A stretch of DNA of 64,000 nt from assembly GCA_001029755.1 (NCBI GenBank), contig CP011214.1, positions 200,595 through 264,594 of the forward strand, given 5' to 3'. A model generated the notes under the pieces. The model saw nothing but the letters and a program-made list of their open reading frames with translations, was not told where the DNA came from and did not search any database. Made by a program: the position numbers and the translations under genes. Within the stretch, counting starts at the first letter, position 1; each line of letters begins with the position of its first letter. Below, one piece after another: positions 57,692 to 64,000 of this stretch. The stretch comes from Candidatus Woesebacteria bacterium GW2011_GWF1_31_35 (GTDB lineage: Bacteria > Patescibacteriota > Microgenomatia > UBA8517).

Positions 57692-58762
57692 CTATTTTTT
57701 AGAATATGCCGATAAATAAAGTGAGGCTGTTATTTCTTTATCAAATCCTTTAACAGAAGCCATTCCTTCTAGAAGAAATACTGGTTGTATTATTTCAGAA
57801 GTTAAGCTTTCTTGTAAATACACTAAAGATACCTTGCCTATTGTGATATTTTTTATATCTTCAGACTTTAAGTCTGGAAGATTAACATTTGAGTCATTTA
57901 AACTAACTAGCACGGAATCATTAATTGTTTCTATTACTTCTTTATAATCCTTTATCTTATATTCAATTTCTCCTAGCTTATATTCTGAATACAAGGAGGC
58001 TTCTAAGTTTAAAATCTCTCCGTCTTTGGTAAATTGAACATATATCTGTGAATTTTGAGGATTGGTTGTAAATATAGGCAATGTTCCAGAAGATGAATAT
58101 AAATTAACTTGTGTTATTTCTGCATCTTCTTTAGTAGTTTTTCTAAAATTTTCTAATCCGTCCTCTGTTTTTAAATAGGCAAAATTAGAGAACTTAAGTG
58201 AATCTTTGTTTATATTTAATTTTTCAGACAAAAGATTTATTGCAATATTTTTATAATCTTCATCTGACAATTGTTTATTAATAGCGTTGTCAATCATAGA
58301 TTTAGGATTAACAGCTGGGGTAACTTCAATTTTTCTTATTTTTGAATAAATAATTAAACTATATTTGTCACCGTTCCATATATAAATTTTTCCATTTTTA
58401 ATATCATTGAATTCTAAAGGACTAATTGTAAATCCAAAATTTTTAGAAATTTTATCCATCTCTACTTGTGTAAAAGAATTTAAAGAAGATTGCTTAAGAT
58501 AAGAAATATTTTTTGGAAAATTGTCAAAATTCTCCTTTTTTAAAGAATGGGTTATTTTTAAATTATTTCCAAAATAGTTCTCAATCTTAGGAGGAGTAAT
58601 AAACTGTTGTTTTGAGGTATCTACTTTATTTTTACTTGAAAAAATAACATAAACAGAACTGGCGATAGAAATAATTATTAACAATATAATTAATTTAGAT
58701 TTAAGATTTAATTTTCTCATCTTTATAATTCTACGGTATAGACCCACAACCAATACCATCAT
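57692..58762 (-). CDS. Secreted/anchored hypothetical protein downstream of the M23 membrane protein
   Basis: N-terminal signal anchor (likely true start MRKLNLKSKLIILLIII at 58720). No recognisable family; co-directional with the T4SS-like genes. Confidence 0.4.
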   Translation of the reverse strand: MMVLVVGLYRRIIKMRKLNLKSKLIILLIIISIASSVYVIFSSKNKVDTSKQQFITPPKIENYFGNNLKITHSLKKENFDNFPKNISYLKQSSLNSFTQVEMDKISKNFGFTISPLEFNDIKNGKIYIWNGDKYSLIIYSKIRKIEVTPAVNPKSMIDNAINKQLSDEDYKNIAINLLSEKLNINKDSLKFSNFAYLKTEDGLENFRKTTKEDAEITQVNLYSSSGTLPIFTTNPQNSQIYVQFTKDGEILNLEASLYSEYKLGEIEYKIKDYKEVIETINDSVLVSLNDSNVNLPDLKSEDIKNITIGKVSLVYLQESLTSEIIQPVFLLEGMASVKGFDKEITASLYLSAYSKK

Positions 58763-61526
58763 TAGAACAACCCCTTATTATTGATTTAGGAATAAAAGGT
58801 GGAATCATTTGCAAACCACCCTTAAATTCATAATGTAAATGGGGACCAGTCGAATTTCCCGTATCCCCGCTTGCTCCAATCATTTGTCCTAATAATACTT
58901 CTTTTCCGTTTGGTATAGAAAAACCAAGTAGATGAGCATATGTTGTTGTAATTATTTTACCACCACAACTTGAAGTAATAACCACGTGGTTTCCGTAACC
59001 CCCAGAATCCTCATAAGTAGTAGCTATCCCTGAATGAGTAGCTTTTACTTTTGTTCCTGTTGGTAAAATAACATCAATTGCCTCTACTTCTCTATGACTA
59101 TAACTACCGTCAGGAGTCTGGGTAATTTTTCCACTATCAACCGGCCAAATACTAGGGCAATCGTCAGGTGGGTTTCCAATCTTGACTCCGGCTGATGCAC
59201 TTGATTTAATTCCACTTTGACCCGCAGTATCTGCTGTAACTGTAATAATGTCTACAATTAAAGAATCTTCAAAAGTTCCTTTTGAATATTCTTGTTTATA
59301 TGAAAAAGAAAAAGTTTCTCCTGGCTGTATGTCTTCAAGTGTTGTGGGTATATTAGGACTCGTTGGAGGACAATTTATTTTTGGTCCAGTTTTAACAACT
59401 CCACATTCATAGGTTAAACGAATGTTTTTTAAAACATCCTTTTTAGCTTTAATTGTAATTTTATACTCAACAGTTAGTGGTAATTCAGAATTTTCAAAAG
59501 GTCCCGGTGGAACCGGAGTTTTGGTCACTTCAATGTAAGGGTTAATAATGTTTGCAAATGTTAAAGCGCTTGGTGGAACCATATACGCTCCAGAATTAAT
59601 AATGAACATAAAAAAAGCAACTGTTGGAGGGATAACCAAAAGAGTAACTATTATTGGTGTAGCTATTGTAACAGCAATACTTCCAAAGATAGCTCCTAAT
59701 TTTCCAAAAAAAATACTTACCCTAGCAACACTCTTTAATGCCCCTATTGCATATAATCCTCCACCTGCAATCATAGTTAAACCAATCGGACCGCCTATTA
59801 AAAGTCCTCCTCCGACTATGGCTGTTGGTAATAAATTTTCTTTAACCTTTTTCCAATTAATTTTTTCGACTATTTTTCCCAAGATCCACCCAACTGCTAT
59901 TGATATTCCAAGTGTTACCCAACCAGCAAGTGTAGATAAAGACGCAAAAATTGTTGGCAATAAACCACCCGCAACTTTTGTTGTAGTTTGAACAACAGCT
60001 TGACCAGCTAGTTGTGCACCTGTTTGTGTAGCTACTTCAGTCGTTATTGTACCAATAACAGGTGCCGCCCCAGTAGAAACAGTACTTATAATCGGGGCTG
60101 TTTCAATTACAACTGATGCTGTGGGGGCAAGACCGAAATTAATCCCAGTTAATTTGCTTATTCCGCTTAAAATTGGAGCTGAATCCGGAGCAAATTTTAA
60201 AGCCATTCCTCCAAACCAATTTGTTGATTCCCATGTAACAGGAGAACCAACCCCAAAAGTTGAATAAAAAAGGCTTTTTGCTTCTATTGATTGGAATATT
60301 TTTCCTGCTGCTGATTCTGGTGCAAAACTTGCAATTTTTCCTTCTAAATAAGTTCCAGCCTTGTTTAAAAGAAAACCCTTTGTTTTATCTGTTCCAAAAT
60401 CCTTTATAGTTTCCAGAGTTGAATTTTGATCTTCTAATGTTTTTTGGTGGTTTTGATTAATTTCGCTTAAATTAACAGTGTTTATAAATCCTTCTTTCGG
60501 GCTTTCAGAAAAAGTAACTTCTATTTGACTCGGATCCGCCCCGAAGATGGTTGAGGCAAACTGTTTTCCAAAAGCTATTGTTGTAATTTCTTTGGCAATT
60601 TGATCAGGAACAATTCTATTTACAGCAGTTGAATTTACAGTGTTTTTTAAAATATTAAGAGTTTCTTTATTTGTAATAACTTTAGGGATTATATTTTTGT
60701 CGTTTACAATTCCAGTTAATATTGCAGACTGTGTTATTGGGGAAATATAACTCGGATTATCTAGTTGAACAATGTTTTCAATAATTTTTGTTGCTGTTTG
60801 TTTTGAAATTAGTTTTATTTCTTCGTTTGTTACTCCTTGTCCTTTAAAAACAGGTGAAACTCTCTCTTCTATTACTTTTGATAAATCTTCTAATGTTTCT
60901 TTAGGTTTTGTTTTTGCTTCATTTTTGTAAATATCGAATGCTTTTTGTTCTTCTTCTGTAAATTTGGGTAAGTCTTTAATCTTTACTTTTGCATAGATTT
61001 TTTTATCTTGATTGCTTGAATCTTTAAGGTCTGAAGCAATTTTTTGTGATTCCTCTATTTTTCTTTTTAACAAATCCTGCTGATCTTTTATTTCTTGTTT
61101 TCTTTTTATCGTTTCTCTAACCTCTTTATTTGATTTTTCAATTATTTCTTTCCTTTTCGTCTCACGTGCAACTTGTTCTTCTTGAAGTTGTTTTGATTCA
61201 TCTTTATTTAAGGTTGTTTTTGTTTGCTCTTCAGGTCTTGGAGCTTCCTTTGGCGCTATTTTTCTACTCTCAATCTCTTCATAAATTTTTGCATATGCGG
61301 GTCTTATATTTTTTGTATCTGTTAAAGTTTCAACAAAATTTAATAGATCTTTTTTACTTGTTGTGTTTTTGTAAATAATTCCAATTTCAGGAATTGACCA
61401 TGTGGTTTGGCCTTCACCATAAAACTCTTCAAGACTTAGTTCTTTGGGAAACGATTTCTCACAAGCCTCAAGAATCTTTTGAAGTGTTTTTGTTTCAATT
61501 TTATTAATATCATTTACTGTTGCCAT
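58731..61526 (-). CDS. Polytopic membrane protein with cytoplasmic coiled-coil N-terminus and C-terminal extracytoplasmic M23 peptidase domain
   Basis: 931 aa: charged coiled-coil N-terminal roughly 180 aa, soluble middle, Gly-rich TM bundle (WVTLGISIAVGWILG...IVGGGLLIGGPIGLTMIAGGGLYAIG...), then an M23 catalytic core (GYGNHVVI...GASGDTGNSTGPHLHYEF). Confidence 0.7.
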   Translation of the reverse strand: MATVNDINKIETKTLQKILEACEKSFPKELSLEEFYGEGQTTWSIPEIGIIYKNTTSKKDLLNFVETLTDTKNIRPAYAKIYEEIESRKIAPKEAPRPEEQTKTTLNKDESKQLQEEQVARETKRKEIIEKSNKEVRETIKRKQEIKDQQDLLKRKIEESQKIASDLKDSSNQDKKIYAKVKIKDLPKFTEEEQKAFDIYKNEAKTKPKETLEDLSKVIEERVSPVFKGQGVTNEEIKLISKQTATKIIENIVQLDNPSYISPITQSAILTGIVNDKNIIPKVITNKETLNILKNTVNSTAVNRIVPDQIAKEITTIAFGKQFASTIFGADPSQIEVTFSESPKEGFINTVNLSEINQNHQKTLEDQNSTLETIKDFGTDKTKGFLLNKAGTYLEGKIASFAPESAAGKIFQSIEAKSLFYSTFGVGSPVTWESTNWFGGMALKFAPDSAPILSGISKLTGINFGLAPTASVVIETAPIISTVSTGAAPVIGTITTEVATQTGAQLAGQAVVQTTTKVAGGLLPTIFASLSTLAGWVTLGISIAVGWILGKIVEKINWKKVKENLLPTAIVGGGLLIGGPIGLTMIAGGGLYAIGALKSVARVSIFFGKLGAIFGSIAVTIATPIIVTLLVIPPTVAFFMFIINSGAYMVPPSALTFANIINPYIEVTKTPVPPGPFENSELPLTVEYKITIKAKKDVLKNIRLTYECGVVKTGPKINCPPTSPNIPTTLEDIQPGETFSFSYKQEYSKGTFEDSLIVDIITVTADTAGQSGIKSSASAGVKIGNPPDDCPSIWPVDSGKITQTPDGSYSHREVEAIDVILPTGTKVKATHSGIATTYEDSGGYGNHVVITSSCGGKIITTTYAHLLGFSIPNGKEVLLGQMIGASGDTGNSTGPHLHYEFKGGLQMIPPFIPKSIIRGCSNDGIGCGSIP

Positions 61527-61533
61527 TTTTTAG

Positions 61534-63447
61534 TTATTCTTGTTTATTCCAGGGTTTAACATTTGGAACTGTGGGTACTAAAGTTTCAAGAGGCTTTGTT
61601 GTAATTAATTTATGTTCATCGGCAGATGCAACAACTCTAATTGGTGCATGGTGTTGTCCTGCAAAAAAGATTCCTTCACCAATGTTTGCAGCCAAAAGAA
61701 GTTGTTTTTCTCCTTCGGAAAGATAAAAAGTTTCCCCAATTTTATCTATTGCCGCAGGTGACTGCTTTAATAGAAGCCTTAATGCAGAGTTTGTAACAAT
61801 TGCTTTCCCAATGTCTTGACTTAGGAAGTCTTCGATGTCCTGAGTGATTGTAGTAAGTCCCAGATAGTATTTTCTAGCTCTCTTGACAACACTCCAAAGA
61901 AATTGTGCAGTGTCAGGATATTTCATCATTTGCCATGCTTCTTCAACAACTAGTATTCTTCTTTTTATATCCTTTTTAACCCTGGTCCAGATGTAGTCTA
62001 AAATCATAAACATAGCAATTGGTCTTAAGGCATCTTGCATATCTTTTACAGAAAAAACAGTAAATGGATTATTAAGGTTTATATTTGTTTGTTTGTCAAA
62101 AATCCCAACAAAACTTCCTCTTACAAACTTTTCAATTCTAGCAGCAAGGTCCAATGCTTCTGGGGACTCCATCCCTATTAATGTTTTATAAAGATCTTCA
62201 ATCAAAGGAGGTTCCTTGGTTTGGGTTATTGGATCAGTTGTAATACCTTTTGCTTTATAAGTCATAATTATTGCTCTATCAAGTAAAGCTTCTTGAATAG
62301 GGGAAATTTTACCCATGATAATTGCAAAGAGTGAGTGGAGCGACAAAACCTTAAGTCCTAATTGGTTTTCTCCCTCTTCTTGAATTTGTGCTAAATCAAA
62401 AGGATTAATTTTTGAAGGAGAATTATATGAAAAAGAAATATACTGTCCTCCAACAGCATCACAAAGTTGTTTATATTCAGCTTCTGGGTCTAAAATTATT
62501 ACCTCTGTCCCAATCATTAAAGACCTGACCGCCTCCGTTTTAACGAAATATGATTTTCCACCTCCAGATGTAGCCAGCACTGTGAAGTTGGCATTCTCTA
62601 AAGAAAATCTATCAAAAATAATGAAAGATTCATTTTGTGAATTTATTCCATACAAAACTCCTTTGTCTGAGGAAAGTTCCGCTGAAGTAAACGGAAAAGT
62701 GGTAGCAACTGAGGTGGTATCCATATTTCTAGTAATAGAAAGACTATCTCTACCATATGGAATTGTTGAAAGAAATCCTAACCTTTGGTCAAGCATTGCG
62801 TGTTTTGCAATAATTAATAAAGATCCTAAAGTGGATTCAATTTGTTTTGTAATGTTATTTAATTCATCTAATGTGTTTGCCGATATTGTTATATAGAAAG
62901 AAAACTCATAATATCTTTCAATTCCTTTTACCAGTTGTTCTTGTAAAGACCTTGCATCTTCAAGTTTTGCTGTGGTTGATGGGTCAACAATTTTCCCCCT
63001 TTCAATGTCTGTTGAAAGTTCAGCTTCCATTTCTGCAATTTTACGTCGAAGATCATCAAGAACAGATTTTCCGGCAACAGGATAAACGTAAAAACTAATA
63101 TCAAGTGAGCTATTAAAGTTAATTATTGGTTCAAGCCAACCGGGAGCTACAAATCTTGGATATCCTGCAACGAATAGTGTTTTATAGTAAACGTTATTTA
63201 CTTTAATAAAATCAAAATCAACTTCAACATGCTCTGACGCTATTGCATCACAAAGGCTTAGTTCTTTGTTTTCAATAGCAAGGTTTGGATCAGTTACCTT
63301 CGGTTTAATAATTGTGTTTGGTTCTGAAATGTTAGTACCAGTAATAGATTGAATAGGTTGCTGTTCTGGTGTTTTAACATCAGGAACAGGTGAGACAGGC
63401 ATATTAATGTTTTTGTCTAGTTTTGTATTGTTTGTTGTGTTATCCAT
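61534..63447 (-). CDS. VirB4/TrbE/TraC-family type IV secretion ATPase (C-terminal, ATPase-containing part)
   Basis: Walker A VLATSGGGKSYFVK, Walker B RRILVVEEAWQMM, LGLTTITQDIEDF, plus the upstream N-domain block DFDFIKVNNVYYKTLFVAGYPRFVAPGWLEPIINFNSSLDISFYVYP typical of Gram-positive-type VirB4. Confidence 0.8.
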   Translation of the reverse strand: MDNTTNNTKLDKNINMPVSPVPDVKTPEQQPIQSITGTNISEPNTIIKPKVTDPNLAIENKELSLCDAIASEHVEVDFDFIKVNNVYYKTLFVAGYPRFVAPGWLEPIINFNSSLDISFYVYPVAGKSVLDDLRRKIAEMEAELSTDIERGKIVDPSTTAKLEDARSLQEQLVKGIERYYEFSFYITISANTLDELNNITKQIESTLGSLLIIAKHAMLDQRLGFLSTIPYGRDSLSITRNMDTTSVATTFPFTSAELSSDKGVLYGINSQNESFIIFDRFSLENANFTVLATSGGGKSYFVKTEAVRSLMIGTEVIILDPEAEYKQLCDAVGGQYISFSYNSPSKINPFDLAQIQEEGENQLGLKVLSLHSLFAIIMGKISPIQEALLDRAIIMTYKAKGITTDPITQTKEPPLIEDLYKTLIGMESPEALDLAARIEKFVRGSFVGIFDKQTNINLNNPFTVFSVKDMQDALRPIAMFMILDYIWTRVKKDIKRRILVVEEAWQMMKYPDTAQFLWSVVKRARKYYLGLTTITQDIEDFLSQDIGKAIVTNSALRLLLKQSPAAIDKIGETFYLSEGEKQLLLAANIGEGIFFAGQHHAPIRVVASADEHKLITTKPLETLVPTVPNVKPWNKQE

Positions 63448-63456
63448 ATTTTTTTA

Positions 63457-64000
63457 TTAAATATCTTTTTTAACAGCTGGTGGTTCAGGATTATTAATTT
63501 GCCAGTAAAGATCTATTAGTTCATGTGTTGTTAGTTGCTTAAGTTTTAAACCAAGCCTTCCTGCTTGTCTTACTAAATGATCCCTTTTAGGAAAAAGCGT
63601 AACCTTAGCTTTTTTTAACACATAACCTTTAGGAAAAGGAAGTGGACCACTTTTAAGAATAGTTTGGGCTGATTTAGTAACACCTAATTCTAATTGATTA
63701 AATGGAATTACAATAAAAAATCTTTTACCAAGAACAGTTTTTTTCTTAATAGATTCTGTAATGAAATCTCTGTAGCTTTGAGTAATTGCAATAAGTTTAG
63801 GGTTAGTAATTTTACTAGCAGCTTCATCAAAAAAATTAATATATCCTGAAATATCTTTCCTTTGTGTTCTAATCATTATTTGTATTGAAAAAGACAAAGA
63901 ATTTATTAAAGCTGCAAAAGCAGCTACAACCGCACCCTGTTCTTTTTCTGACAAAAGTCCAAAGTTTAAAGATGATGTTTCTAAAACAATTGCAGCCCCA
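63457..64000 (-). CDS. VirB4 N-terminal-domain-like protein (partial; ORF stays open to the right window edge)
   Basis: The reading frame is open from the window edge to the stop (…LNFGLLSEKEQGAVVAAFAALINSLSFSIQIMIRTQRKDISGY…KRFFIVIPFNQLE…LIDLYWQINNP). This resembles the extreme N-terminal region of conjugative VirB4 proteins. It ends with TAA TAA, then AAAAAT, then the ATG of the ATPase ORF, all in one frame. Confidence 0.5.
   Translation of the reverse strand, partial: GAAIVLETSSLNFGLLSEKEQGAVVAAFAALINSLSFSIQIMIRTQRKDISGYINFFDEAASKITNPKLIAITQSYRDFITESIKKKTVLGKRFFIVIPFNQLELGVTKSAQTILKSGPLPFPKGYVLKKAKVTLFPKRDHLVRQAGRLGLKLKQLTTHELIDLYWQINNPEPPAVKKDI

Noticed and set aside
63445-63460. Split VirB4 as a sequencing frameshift at the T7 homopolymer (63449-63455)
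   Set aside because: Both ORFs are in the same frame, so a single-base slip would not join them. The junction has two consecutive in-frame TAA codons, which argues for genuine termination and re-initiation rather than an indel. This still needs read-level confirmation.

Overview
The window is a low-GC (about 30%), gene-dense chromosomal segment. It uses the standard genetic code: ORFs stay long without UGA recoding. The gene content points to a Patescibacteria/CPR-type bacterium with a Gram-positive-like envelope: small and truncated housekeeping proteins, many GT-C glycosyltransferases, FemAB/LCP/sortase-type envelope biology, and PilN/PilO. The replication origin is in the window: rpmH-rnpA-yidD-yidC-jag on the minus strand, then dnaA-dnaN flanked by DnaA boxes.

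Other confidently recognised genes are hrcA (partial) with a CIRCE element, murJ, rpsT, a groES-X-groEL operon with a CIRCE element, metG, valS, rplY, rnhA, pcrA, a UvrD-helicase/PD-(D/E)XK nuclease fusion, rmuC, tsaC-tsaE (fused) plus tsaD, and tRNA-Cys(GCA).

Accessory and unusual content:
- A type-IV-secretion-like module abutting oriC at the right edge: a VirB4 ATPase split into two in-frame ORFs, a 931-aa polytopic membrane protein ending in an M23 peptidase, and a secreted protein.
- A PilN/PilO pair followed by three large secreted proteins, two of which end in LPE[S/A]G sortase-type sorting signals; one carries a 42-bp tandem repeat.
- Two glycan-assembly islands. Island 1 has five GT-C/PMT-like membrane glycosyltransferases plus an LCP ligase. 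Island 2 has GT2, UDP-xylose synthase, GT-C, WecA-like and UbiA/DPPR-like enzymes plus a PEGA protein.
- A free-standing double-motif LAGLIDADG homing endonuclease overlapping the pcrA start.
- Tandem FemAB-family paralogues.
- A GroES carrying a Cys-rich insertion, with an extra ORF wedged between groES and groEL.

No CRISPR array, integrase or transposase was seen. All calls rest on reading the translated ORFs and DNA motifs; no database searches were run.
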